A stretch of DNA of 64,000 nucleotides from the human T2T-CHM13v2.0 reference genome, Homo sapiens. Where the stretch lies: NCBI RefSeq assembly GCF_009914755.1, contig NC_060930.1; one strand, given 5' to 3'. A model generated the notes under the pieces. It was not told where the DNA came from. It worked only from the letters and a program-made list of their open reading frames with translations, and ran no database searches. This document shows positions 26,376 through 39,402 of the stretch, piece after piece. Every line of letters begins with the position of its first letter. Within the stretch, counting starts at the first letter, position 1. The translations under genes and the position numbers were made by a program.

Positions 26376-27790
26376 AAAATGTGGGGCCCAGTGCCCTAAC
26401 TCAGTTCATTTGCTTTTTAGAAAATATCACACTAGCCTGTCTCAACTCATCCAGCCATTTTTAAATGGATCGATGTATCAATTTATCTTTGTTTGGTATT
26501 AAATTTTATTGTTTCTGGAGTGCTGGGCACATAGCAGTCACTCAGTTTCCTGAATGCTAGAAAAGCATCTTCAAGTTCCTGAACAAATATATTATTTTAA
26601 GAGAAAAAAGTTGCAGGCATAAACAAATGAAACCTCTTCATCATTGCATTTATTTAAAAGCATCCTTTAAGGCTCTACTTATTTGAAAAAATTAAACCTC
26701 ATTAATTTTGCATAACACAGCACAGAGGCCAGAAACCATGTTTTCTCAGGAAAAAAAAAAACTTGTTCCTATTAAAATCACAGTAAAAATCACTAGATGT
26801 TTTTAGATGGGAGAAAGCAAAAGAATAATACAGGCAAGTTTATAAAATTGCTGAGTTGAAGGGCTCATAAAGGTTTTTCAATTACAAAAGTAATCCTCGG
26901 GTAGAAGAGAATTCCAGATTCTGGAGCTCATGTCTAAGAAATTTCTTTTTCCCTTGAGCTTAACCTGTCATTGACAGGCAGCTGTTTTAACTAAATGGCT
27001 GAGATAAATGGAGGAGTTACAGGTTTCACCTGCCTCTGCAAAGTCCCAATTCACAAAAGGTCTTAAAGAATTAGGATTTCAGGGCATATAATCACAGAAT
27101 CATTGAATAATTCAAGTTGTGAAGCTCAATATGCAGATAACATTTCAGAAACATTCATCTCAGTATTCCATGTGGATAACTGAATAATAATAATACACTG
27201 CTTACTATTACTTAATTCTGGTAAATTCATTAACAATTTCTATTTTGCCAGTCTGGAAAAATTAGAAAATAAAAATAAAAATGACCTTCCCTATCTTTCA
27301 TCTATAATAAAATATGGGAATATTACCCTTCAGAAGAAGCAGGAGAAGCCATGATCTCTTTGCATAAGTAATGGTATTAGAACATCTTCCTTGTATTTTA
27401 AATACGGAGATCTATCTGGGATCTTTTCTCTCAGAGTTCACCTTCCTTTTATTCACCACTTCCTTTATGAGAATAGGAAATACATTGAATGGAAGCTGGC
27501 ACAAAAGATAGTTTTGGGAATGGATTAGAAAATCCCCAGTTTATATGGTGCATTGTATTTCATTTCCTAGTTATATGCTTAAGATGCTTATGTTTAAACA
27601 TTTTATAGCTTCCTCTTGTAAAGCCCTCTCTCTTTTAGTTAAGTACCTTGAAGCCAAGATCTTACATTAAAGTAGAATCTAATTAGACCTTTCAATTCAG
27701 AGTGGCTGCTGAACTCTTTTAGCTCCATTATAGAAATGTACAGTAAAACCCCTTTTTTTCCTCTCCGTGGTGAAAATAGCAGTTATCTTC

Positions 27791-27815
27791 AAGAAGAAGA
27801 AGAAGAAGAAAAAAA
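27791..27815. repeat. (AAG)6 microsatellite
   Basis: aagaagaagaagaagaagaaaaaaag. Confidence 0.85.
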
Positions 27816-29699
27816 GACATGAATTATCACACTTCAATTTAAGCACAAGGCTCAGGTAGCTGACCCAGCCTCTTTGTCCTTTTATGTAAGAAGGAAGGTG
27901 GTTTTCAAATTTTGAGGCAGCAACTGGGAGTGGGGATGTAGAGAGAGAGCATTCTCATTGCTTTTACACCCTTAAATACACCAAATCTAAAATGCCTTCA
28001 CATTGAAAGCATGAAAATTGCAGTAACTACTTCAATAAGCAAGTCGTTTAAATATAATTTCTGGCAGCATATATATATATTCACAGGGAAAATGAGTTTA
28101 GAAAGACAGTATGTAGTTTTATAAAAAGGAAAGCATAAAATTCTAAATATCCTTGCCAGTGTGTATCCATGAAAGTAATGTCATTAGAAAGAAAAAAGAA
28201 GAATTAACTATTGACTAGGATTTGTATTGCTTCCTAACATACATTTGGCATCAAAGAAGCTTTGGGAAAGGGGTAGAAAACATTATAGCAGAAATAGCTC
28301 TCATCAATACCAAATGAAGCATGTCAAGCTTACAAGGAGGAACCAGATAGAATTGAGGATGTAAAGGGAGGATGGGCAATTCTAATATGGTCAAATCAGA
28401 ATGCCCTGCAATACTTCTGAATGAAATAAACTTTGAGATGATGCCCACAAAGATGACGTACTGGATAATGAAGAGTAAAAAGAACAGCCTGCAACCCTCA
28501 CAAAGCACCAGAGCTACCATAACGATTTTGCACCTTACTCTGTGATCCTTGCCATTATTTAAAAAAAAAAAAAAGCAAAAGACCAGATATTGTCTTTACT
28601 CAGGGTGACTAATGTAGGATGTTAATAGACTAGAGGTCTCATACAACAACTGTGTGGTAATTAGCTCCATTAGTATATCGAGCAGTGATATCATTGCGAA
28701 GCATTGACAGGTTATGGGGTTTTTTTCCATCATGTACTTGGATGCTTGAAAATTATGCTTTTAGAAGTTATTCATAATGGTTTCAAAGCAATGGTGTACT
28801 TTAAAAGGGCAGAACCACCATTCTCATTATCTAACCTAGATACTTACGAAGTTCTCAGAATCAAAATGAGTTTAGTACCCGATGACTATTAAAACTAGTT
28901 ATATGCCTTTGGATTAAAAGCCCTCATCTCAGGTAAAGCCTTTTCATATTTTCTCGCCTCCCTATGAAATTAAGGGTCGAAGTGAAGAGACAGGAAGGGA
29001 TCTAATACTAGAGCATGGGTTGGTCAAGTGGAAAGTACAAGCCCAGCCCAGAAGACGCCAGGAATTCTTTAATGACCACTCACCCCACTCCTCAACTGTC
29101 CTCTCATGGCTTGCAAAATTTTCTTCAGCCAGAGACCTTTCTATTAAACATAAATCTCACTGGAAGCTTGCTATATGAAACAATGAATAAGAAACTTCCT
29201 TGGTTAAGGGAGAATGGAGAGTTTTGAGGGTGAATGGAATGCTGAGGTGAGGGGACTCTTCTGAAGATCTGGAGACTCAGAGGAGTATATTTGAGAACTA
29301 CCTTCTAGATCCACTCTAGTTGTTTGTCTTCATCTTTACATTCCCTGCTGGAAATTGCTACCAAACACTGGTCCCATACATTTCTTGTTATAGCATAGCC
29401 TATGGAACAAGGTACGCCGACAAGAAGATACCAAGTGTATCTCAGGCTATCCTGTTTTGATGTTGAAAGACACTGAATCCTAAAACAAGATTCTTCAGAC
29501 AGCAGCATATCGATGTATATAATCAGATGTGGCCACCTTCTTTACGCGAGTTCTGAAATCTATCATTAACATGTGACTTGAACTCAGGTGTGAATATTTG
29601 GGATGGGAAAGTCAGACAAAAAAACAAGAGGAGGAGACAATGGTCATTTTCAGTACTTGAGGGGGACTAAAAGGGTGCCCAATTTTAAAAATTGTCAGG

Positions 29700-29990
29700 A
29701 TACAATACAAAGAGCAGGGGTTTAATCAGAACACCTAGGTTCAAGTCCTAATGTCAATAACTAAATGGCTGAATGATTTTATATTAATACAAGTTATTCA
29801 TTCACTGTGCATTTCAAAGTTCTTTTCCACAAGATGGACATAGTATTCACAAGATGAACCTATCTTATCTACAAGAAGATAACCATATTCACAAAGTGAA
29901 CCTATCCATAATAAGATAACCTTATCTGCAAGATGAACCCATCTTAGCATTCAAAGATAGTTGAGACAGTGTAACAAAGTTATAGCATTC
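29700..29990 (+). mobile_element. MIR with internal degenerate minisatellite (29828-29946)
   Basis: agaacacctaggttcaagtcctaatg...acaagttattcattcactgtgcatttc, then about 6 copies of a ~20-bp (a/g)caagatgaacc-type unit. Confidence 0.6.
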
Positions 29991-31463
29991 TATGCAAGAT
30001 ACCCATTACTGAGGACCTTGCCTCCTTCATATCTCAGGTAATGTAAGACTAATACTGACAAATGTGTTCTCTATTTCTGTTACTCTACTGATTTGCTAAC
30101 ATGTTGTGATTGCATAAAACGTAGTTTAAAATTCACTTGGTCCAAATCTTTGAGATTTCCTGATGCTTATGGAATTTTTAATCTGGAGAGATTTGCACAA
30201 TTTCAAAATTTGAATGTAAGGCTTATTAATATTAAATAACTACTGACGTTATTATAACAATATGCCAATCTCTCACAAAATTCAACCATATTAAATGTAA
30301 AATTGCTTTTTAAATTGTGGTTGTCACCATCACTATCATTGTTGTTGTGAACTCAGATGACTGATTGCTAACTTTGCCTGTCCAGTTTCCTCTACAACTC
30401 CACGTGTCACAGTTTCTAGTGTTGTGGGGAAAGAGGATGGGGCTATATGAGAGTGGCCTAGTGACAAACTCTAGTGATTGTCACTACAGATTTTCTTTCA
30501 TTAATCAAATCAGTTTTTTTAACTTACTCCAAGAGCAGTATTTCCCTGTACATAGTCAGTATTTACTGTACATAAGTACAAAGTGGGCAAACTAGTGCTA
30601 CTGGACATGAAAGTAGGAAAAGACAAAGAGCCTGCCAGCCTCAGTGGACCACAGAGAGAGTCTTGTTGCAAATGTGAACATTTTTATGTGTCTGCTTAAG
30701 CTATTGGTTTGGAAAACCACCTGAAGAAGACAGAAGACATTTGCTTGCTTTTTCAATCATTTAAAAAAATGTTTTTTTGTCACGATTGCTTCCTGAGCAG
30801 AGTTATAAATGACATCATAAGACACTTCAAGAACGGAAGGGGTATATTGATGAATATAAATCTAAAAAGGCATGCAGTTTCTCAGAAGCAAAAGTTAAAA
30901 ATAATTCTTTGTAATCTGGCCATAATTAAAGTGCCACAATGCCTATTCCATATACCAGCTTATCTGGCAATGATAAAACCTTGAAAACTTGAAAAGGTCT
31001 ATATCCAAGGAGAAAATACGAGAAAAACAACACTTAGGTGTACCATGATAATATTTTTAAATGTGTCATCCATTTTTATTAAGTCAGTGAGAAAAATCTT
31101 TGCATTCTTTCTGACAACACAATTTATTTCTTTGAAAATGTTCATGAGATCCTTGAAAAGAAATTATTAAGGCATTTTTTCCAAGAACATCTTTGCCATT
31201 TTATTCAAGAAAAAACTCATATACATGTCAGTGGAATCTGGCCAAATCCAATTTCTTTTTTCTTTTAAACGAGGAAGTCAATTTTTTACCCTTGAAAGCT
31301 GAGCCTTTAAAATACCACGTGAAGGTTATGGTTCAGTCTGAAGGGATGGTAAAAATGAGAGGAGATAAAGTGAGTGGTAAAACTATAAATAGTTTGTGGT
31401 TAATGTCAATAGAGATATTTGGCATTTTTCTTTTAATTTTCCAATTTTACGCAATGTGTATTC

Positions 31464-31541
31464 TTTTTTTTTCCTTTTTGGGGTTAAGATTTTTTTCCCT
31501 TTTGAGGTTAAGATTTGGGGTTAAGATTTTTTCCTTTTTGG
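31464..31541. repeat. Short degenerate tandem repeat (tttg(g/a)ggttaagattt x3)
   Basis: tttttggggttaagattttttt / ttttgaggttaagattt / ggggttaagatttttt. Confidence 0.8.
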
Positions 31542-31589
31542 ACAATAAGACAGCTAGAATATTACCAAGGAGAAAACACATATTCCATA

Positions 31590-32010
31590 CTGTAAGACGG
31601 CCCTCCCTCGGAACACTGTAAGCTCTTTTCCGACTACTCTAGTTCATTCCTTACTCACTGACAGTATTGGCCTCCTTGCTTTTGCTCCAGCACCTCAGTC
31701 ATTTTAGAGCCTTTGCAGTGATTCTTTCCTTTTACTGGAAAGTTCTTCCTACGGAAATGTGCAAGGCTAATTCTCTAACTCAGCTCCAAGTCTTTTCCTG
31801 AAAGCCACCTTTCAGTGAGGCTTACACTGAGCACTCTATTCAAAATTGCAACCATCCAACTAACATCTACACTTTCAGTCAATCCTAACCATCTTCTATG
31901 TCATTTTCTTTTTTCTCACAGCATGTCTAACCTTCTGACATGCTATTTAACTCATGCTTTGTGGTTATTTCTAATTGTCTGATTCCCTCACCCAAAGTAT
32001 AAGGTTTATG
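31590..32010 (+). mobile_element. L2a fragment
   Basis: tattggcctccttgcttttgctccagcacc...gagcctttgcagtg...gccacctttcagtgaggcttacactgagcactctattcaaaattgcaacc. Confidence 0.75.
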
Positions 32011-32269
32011 AAGAAATCAAAAGTCTCAAATGAATGATTCTTAGGTTCCATCTTAAGAAACTAGAAAAGTAGAATAAATGAAACCCAAAATAAGGGGGAA
32101 AACTGAAGTAATACACATCAGAGTAGGAATCACTGTAATAGATAATAGAAAAACAATAAAGAAAATAGATGAAAGCTAAAAAGTTGGTTGAGAACATTAA
32201 TAAACCTCTAACAAAACAGATGAAGAGAAAAAAATAGACAAATTACCAATATCAGAACTGAGAGAGGTG

Positions 32270-32360
32270 CAGCGCACCAGCATGGCACATGTATACATAT
32301 GTAACTAACCTGCACAATGTGCACATGTACCCTGAAACTTAAAGTATAATAAAAAAAAAA
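32270..32360 (+). mobile_element. 5'-truncated young L1 (L1PA2-like) 3' end, ~90 bp
   Basis: cagcgcaccagcatggcacatgtatacatatgtaactaacctgcacaatgtgcacatgtaccctgaaacttaaagtataat plus polyA; perfect 16-bp TSD agaactgagagaggtg (32254-32269, 32360-32375). Confidence 0.93.
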
Positions 32361-32994
32361 GAACTGAGAGAGGTGTCATCTCTACAGTATATGGATTTAA
32401 AAGAATAAAAAAATGAACAAATTTATACTTATGAATTTGACATCTTAGATGAAATGCACAAATTCCTTGAAAGAAAGAAACTACTAAAGCTTACTCAAGA
32501 AGAAACAGGTAACCTGAATAGCCCTATCTATATATTCTAAAGAATTTTAATTTGTGTTTAAAATTCTTTCCACAGAGAAGCTGCAGGTCCAGATGGCTTT
32601 CCGGGTAAACAAACATTAAAGGAAGAAATGCTACCAATTGCATACAAACTCTCAGAAAAACTGAAATTTATATTTCCCACCTCATTCTATGATGCTTACA
32701 TTACCCTGAGACATAAACCAAATGAAGACATTATTTAAAAAGTAAGCCACAGAATAATATCCCTCATAAGCATGGATGTAAAAATTCTAAACAAATTTTA
32801 GAAAATCTAATCCAAAAATCTATACAAGTAGAATATGTCTTGATTAAGTGGAGTCTATATTAGAAGTCAAGGATCATCTAACATTAGGAACTCAATCACC
32901 GCAATTCACCATATTAACAAACTAAACAAGAAAAGTCATATAATCACTTACACAGATGCACAGAATAATTTACCAAATCCAATGTCAGTTTTGG

Positions 32995-33697
<703 letters not shown>

Positions 33698-33709
33698 TAG
33701 AGCTTTTAC

Positions 33710-33782
33710 ATATATTTATATATATATATAAAATACATATTTATTCATAAAGTGTGTATATATAATATATATATATATATAT
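33710..33782. repeat. (TA)n-rich low-complexity tract
   Basis: tatatttatatatatatataaaatacata...tatatataatatatatatatatatat. Confidence 0.85.
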
Positions 33783-34024
33783 GGTCTGCAAACTAGGAAT
33801 TAAAAGTAACATCCTCAACTTGATAAAGGACATCTATGAAAAAATTTCAACTAATACCATATTTAATGGTAAAAGACCTAATATTTCCTCCTAACATTAG
33901 GAAAAAGAGAAGAGAATCTACTCATACCACTTCTATTCAATATCGTACTCAAGGACCTAGCTAATAATATAAGGCAAGAAAAAAAGTAAAAGCATGCATT
34001 TTAGAAAAGAAGATTTTTAAAAAT

Positions 34025-34660
34025 TGGAGAAAAAAACTTAAAGAAAATGAAACTTAGGAACCTGCAGAATAACAGCAAAACATCTAATATGTGCATAATT
34101 TGAGTCCCAAGAAGAAAGAGAAAAAAGAATAGGGCAGAAAAAATACTTAAAGTAGTAATAACCCCAAACTTTCAAATTTGGAGAGAGATATGGATTTACA
34201 CATTTTAGAAGTTCATTAAATTCCAATCCAGATAACTAAAATGAAAAACACACCAGGGTATATTGTCTTGAAACCGCTGAAACCAAGATTTTTAAAAAGA
34301 GGTATTAAAAGTAGCCAACAAAGTATAATTTACAGGTGAGCCATGATAAATAATCACTGACTCCCTTATCAAAACACTAGGGATCTGTAGATGGTAGAAT
34401 GACATTTTTGAAGTGCTTAAGGAGGGGGAAAATAATGTCCACTCAGAATTATATATCCAACAAAAATATCCCTCAAAAATTAACAGAAAATTCATTTGCA
34501 GACATGGAAATTAAAGGAATGTGTTGCCAATAGATGTATACTTCACAGAGTGATAAAGGAAGTTCTCCAGACCAAAGCAAAATCGTAATAAACAGACACT
34601 GGGATCTACTGAAAGGAATGAAGACCACTGGAAATGATATTTATAGGGATAAATAGAACA
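34025..34660 (+). mobile_element. Old L1 ORF1-region fragment
   Basis: aggaacctgcagaataacagcaaaacatctaatatgtgcataatttgagtcccaagaag...ggcagaaaaaatacttaaag...gaatgacatttttgaagtgctt...cagaattatatatccaacaaaaatatccctcaaaa. Confidence 0.75.
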
Positions 34661-35994
34661 CATTTTTTCTCTGAATTTAAAAAATATATATTTGCCATGG
34701 TTTATTCCAATTCTGCTTGTATCTTCCAGGCAGACCTTTCTGCTTGCCTGTATAGACATACTGCCAGGAGTCGCAGTCTGCATTGTAAATATTTGTTCTT
34801 ATCTCTTTATGTAAAAGCCCATTTCTAGGCCCCAGTTCATGTGGATATTTGTTTGGGGTTAATTCCCAATAAAATGAGCAAGGAAACATCTTCCTTGTAA
34901 CTTATTATTTAATATATCCTCATCATCTTTATTCAACACTATGTTGGTTTATGTCTTTTTGGCAATACAGCTTTCCAGAAATGCTTAAAGACTTTTTCAT
35001 GGACCATAAAAGAAAGAATATAAGTCTAAAGGCACTTAGGTATATGTCTCTAGTGTCTGGTGGTTTGTAATGCCACCTGCTGTAATAAATGTTACCCTTA
35101 AATGTCCATGCCTTAACACAGTAGAGGTGATTTCTCAGCCAGTTAGAACCCAGTTGGTTGGGATAGGAAAGCTGTTGCCAGTCCTTCAGGAGGAAAGGCT
35201 GACAGCAGCTCTTACATTTTCAGTTGGATGCTTCTAAAGTCACCCTTTGCCTTCACATCTAGATGAAAAATGACGTGATGAAATCAGGGTTGTTCTTCCT
35301 CTAAAGCCTCCTAAGGTTTATTATTTTTGTTTGAACAGACTAATGAGAAGGAAAATAAAAGGTATGAGGAAGGTTTATAATAAGCAGCGGAACATGTCGA
35401 CTTTATAGGCAGAATTTTCACAATAACTCATCTCATTAATATCCTTCCTAATGCCAGCAATGCCTTCTCAATCCAATTAGCCTATGTGACTGAAAGTGCT
35501 CTTACATATCAGGTACGCAGGGAGATGATGGACAGTGGGGAAAGAGGAATGATTGGGAGGTAGGGCATTAACAAAAAGTAAGCAATAAATGAAAGACAAA
35601 TGGACCAGGTCTCAGATGTAAAACAAATGGTAAAAGTAATAAGGAAGAAAATGAAGCCTGAATGCACTAAATAATAACAGTGATATTTCAGAAAAAGGGA
35701 ATTCTTTTATTAGGGTAAAGATCAGCTAGGTCTTTGGAACTTAAGATGTAGTAGACTTTTTTTGAAATGTAAATGGTTGGTCTATATCACCTTTATTCAG
35801 TTTTCAAACTCTCTTTTTAACTCTCTTTCCCTTTAGGCATTGCCCTTTTGGTAGCCTCTGAAGTCTTCAGAGAAAATCTGGGCCTTCAAGGGCTCTGTTT
35901 AAAAAACACTGGCTGATAAGTAGCCTGAGGTCATCTCTAGAAATAATACCTTTATTGGAGTTCCTACCGCCACCAAAAAAACATTTCTTTTTTT

Positions 35995-36325
35995 TTTTTA
36001 TAAAATCCTACTCATTTTACAAGGTTCATCTCTAAAATAACCCTTCTCTGAAACCTTCACTGACCCTGCTCCAAAACCTGGGTATTATCTTCCTTTCTGA
36101 TCCCATTGCACCATGTCTGACTTGCTAGTGTGACAATACCATTTTGTGTTTCTGTAGATGGTCCAATAGACTTTAGCTCTTACAGCAACTTTATTTTCTG
36201 AATGAAAAGAGCAGTGCCCAGTCTATAGCATTTGCTCTGTAAATGGAAACAGAAATGTCTAAAACATAACTAAATTGATTTGAATTGACTTGAGTTGCAT
36301 TAAAAAGAGTTGAGTTGACTGAATG
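35995..36325 (+). mobile_element. L2 3' end including tail
   Basis: aaatcctactcattttacaaggttcatctc...cttctctgaaaccttcactgacc...gcagtgcccagtctatagc, then a gaattgacttgagttg...gttgactgaatg tail. Confidence 0.65.
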
Positions 36326-36614
36326 GAAAAAAAGTTAAAGAAAAACTAAAACATACAAAAAACAGAAAAGTGACTTGCCTAACAAAGGGCTTAAGCTCAG
36401 CTGGACTAGAGGCATGAAATGCAGTGAGGTAAGTTTCTAAATTTTTTTATTAGCCCAGTGATAAAGCATGCAGATGATAAGAGAAAATGGAAAGAACTTT
36501 TAGATATGACAAATCTCAACTAGTGCCTAACTAGATTTAGCATCAATAGTTTAAGGGATGATTGCATATATTTACATGCAATTTTGTACAGTAAAAACCT
36601 CATAATGAGAACTA
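36254..36614 (+). repeat. Donor copy of the local duplication at 32995-33697
   Basis: aatgtctaaaacataactaaattgatttgaattgacttgagttgca ... gtacagtaaaaacctcataatgagaa. Confidence 0.9.
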
Positions 36615-36744
36615 AAATTAATTCTATACATTGAGAATTATGGATCCCAAACTGTAGGAAAACTGGTGCTTTAATATTTAGCAGAGTGAGAGAATGATGA
36701 GAAACTTGTGTTAAAATGGGGAAAAAGACTTTATTTCCAACAAA

Positions 36745-36816
36745 AACACATGACAAAGAAGGAATCCTCAAGATTATATAAACATGTGACAAAGAAGGAA
36801 TCCTCAAGATTATATA
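36745..36816. repeat. 36-bp tandem duplication
   Basis: aacaCAtgacaaagaaggaatcctcaagattatata / aacaTGtgacaaagaaggaatcctcaagattatata. Confidence 0.95.
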
Positions 36817-36980
36817 TTGTTTCAATAAAAGTGGCAGGACAAGTAAAAGAAAATCGTAAGTTAAGGAGCATTTTTGAACACCCACTATGCTAGGCACTCT
36901 TACTACATACCTGTAAAACTTAATTCCATTATTTCTCCCAATAACCTGGTGATTTTACAGATTTTAAAAAAGAGATTCAG

Positions 36981-37350
36981 CAAAACAATTGAGCACATGG
37001 AGCTAGAGAATGGAAGGATGGTTACCAGAGGCTGTGTAGAGTAGTCGGGGAGTGAGTGGAAAGCGGAGATGGTTGATTGCTACAAAAAAAGTTAAAAAGA
37101 ATGAATAAGACCTAGTACTTGATAGCACAATAGGGGACTGTCGTCAATAATAATTTAATTGCACATTTTAAAATAACTTAAAAAGCGTAATTGGATTATT
37201 TGTAACACAAAGGATAAATAATACCTAAGAGATGAATACCCAATTTTCCCTGATGTGATTAGTATGCATTGCATGCCTGTGCCAAAATATCTCCTGTACC
37301 CAATGTATAAACCTACTACGTACCCATAAATTTAAAACAAAATTTAAATA
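36981..37350 (+). mobile_element. L1MA (L1MA1/2-like) 3' end inserted into a MIR (36870-37400)
   Basis: aaaacaattgagcacatggagctagagaatggaaggatggttaccagaggctg...gaatgaataagacctagtacttgatagcacaataggg...tttgtaacacaaaggataaat...gtacccataaa. Confidence 0.88.
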
Positions 37351-37997
37351 TAAGATTTAGGACGGTTAGAAAATGTATCCAGAATTATATCTGGCAATTC
37401 AAACACAGCTATGTTCAATTTTAAAACACATGCCTTATCCAGGAAATCAAATATATATCTGCATGTCTTATCATTCTTTTATAGGGACAACTGTACCTGC
37501 TTTGCCCAGTTTCAGGTACCGAGATTTCAGTTACAGTTTTCAGTTGGCTTTAGCTGTTTCGGGTTAAAATTCTTGACATTTTTAAGTTGTCTGTTCATTT
37601 GTTTGTATATCACTTGGGAATATACAATACCATTATGAAGGATTAATTAATAATAATGGCTAGAAGACTTCCAGTAGCTGCAGGCAAAAGCAGGTGGGTA
37701 GCAGACAGACAACTTCCCAAAATCTCTTCCTCAACAATATGAAATAACTTCACATCTATGAAAATTCAAAGCTAAACTACATTTCCCCAAGTTACTTGAA
37801 AACATAGAAAACAAAAAGAGCAAAATAATTGCATATAAAAAAGAAAAGTAAATAAATACAAGGGCCAAAGCAGTCTCACATGCTCAGTCTTCTGTCTGCC
37901 CTCTGTGTGACCAGCAAGCATAGACCAGGAAAAAACCTAAAGACTTCAGAACAGGAACACTAGCTAAGAGGGCCTGAGTGTGAGTTGGTAGCATCAA

Positions 37998-38371
37998 TGT
38001 TACGGATTGAGTGTGTCCTCCCGAAATGTATATGTTGAAGACATAATCAAATGTGATAGTATTAGGAAGTGGGCCATTGGGAGGTAATTCAGTTTAGATG
38101 AGGTCATGAGGATAGAGTTCTCATGATGGGATCAGTTCTCTTCTATCAAGAGAAAGAGAGAGATTACTCCCTCTTCCTTTCTCTACCATGTGTGGACACA
38201 ATAAGGAAACAGCCATCTATAAGCCAAAAAGAAGACTCTCACCAGAACTCAACCATGCCAGTGCCTTGATCTTGGACTTCCCAGTCCCCAGAATTGTGAG
38301 AAATAAATGTTCCCTGTTTAAGCCACTCAGTCTATGCTATTTTGCTGTAGCAGTACGAAGTGACTAAGACA
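37998..38371 (+). mobile_element. MLT1A/A0 solo LTR
   Basis: TG start tgttacggattgagtgtgtcctccc...gaggtcatgagg...cttggacttcccagtccccagaattgtgagaaataaatg...gactaagaCA end. Confidence 0.9.
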
Positions 38372-38899
38372 GACAGAAAAAATAAACCCACTGTAAATCT
38401 GAGAGGAAAATCAAATAACTGAGCAGATCAAACCAAGCACCGCATAGAAGGGATTTCAAAGTATGTGTCTTAAAAGGGAAGATATAAAAAAATAAATAGC
38501 AAGGCTTCAACCTTTATGAAGCAAAAACTGCAGGAGGTGCCGAAGATATATGGACTAGGAGACCTAGCTAGATTAGGGTGAGGCAAGCGAGAGTGTAGTA
38601 GAGTTCAATAAATGTCGATTCAAAAAAAATCCATGATGACTAAATATAAAATTGTAAATAAACACAGGATCTGTCCCTTCACTTACACAACTCTGCTTCA
38701 CTCATCTCACTGCAATCTTGGCCCAGATTCCAATAAACTTTTTATATAAACAGGATGCTGTCCCATAGGCTTATAGTATACTTATTTAACTTTTGTAAGT
38801 ACTGCATTAAAATAGTATTTATCTTGATAAATAGGTTTTTTGGTGCACCATTAAATTTTGCATCAAAGTGAGTACCTGTCATAACTTCCTTGTCCCTGT

Positions 38900-39300
38900 C
38901 TTGCTAATAGGAGGCTTTAATACACTGCTCTCGTTTTAAGATAGATAAAATTCACAGAAAATAAGTAAAAAGACAAAAAGTTACAAAAAGCACCAGATAG
39001 TTAGATGGTTTCACAGGAGAACTCTACCATGTTCTTCAGACTAGATATTCCCAATACTCTATAAATTATTCTAGAGCATTGAAAATGAAGGAAAACTACC
39101 TAATTCCTTTCTCTTTTTTTGAAGAATAACTGATAATTAAACCAGATAAAGACAGCACAAAGAAAGAAAACTTGAGACTAATATTACTCATTAATATGAA
39201 TTTTTAAATTCTGATCACAGATCAGTAATACATTAATAATAATAATAATATACTATGGTCAAGTGAGATTTATGCCAAGAATACAAGGTTGGTTTAATAT
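38900..39300 (+). mobile_element. Old L1 ORF2 fragments
   Basis: gcaccagatagttagatggtttcacaggagaactctacc...gaaggaaaactacctaattcc...gagatttatgccaagaatacaaggttggtttaatatt. Confidence 0.7.
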
Positions 39301-39304
39301 TGCA

Positions 39305-39402
39305 GGTTTTTGGTCTCCAGAACTATGACAGAATAAATTTATGTTGCTTTAAGCTACAAGATTCATAGTCATTTGCTGTGGCAGCCCTTGAAAACTAATC
39401 CA
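39305..39402 (+). mobile_element. MLT1 LTR 3' fragment
   Basis: tggtctccagaactatgacagaataaatttatgttgctttaagc...tttgctgtggcagcccttgaaaactaatcca. Confidence 0.75.

Noticed and set aside
29828-29946. Repeat array as CRISPR-like
   Set aside because: Units are degenerate and contiguous with no unique spacers, the context is eukaryotic, and the array sits inside a MIR.
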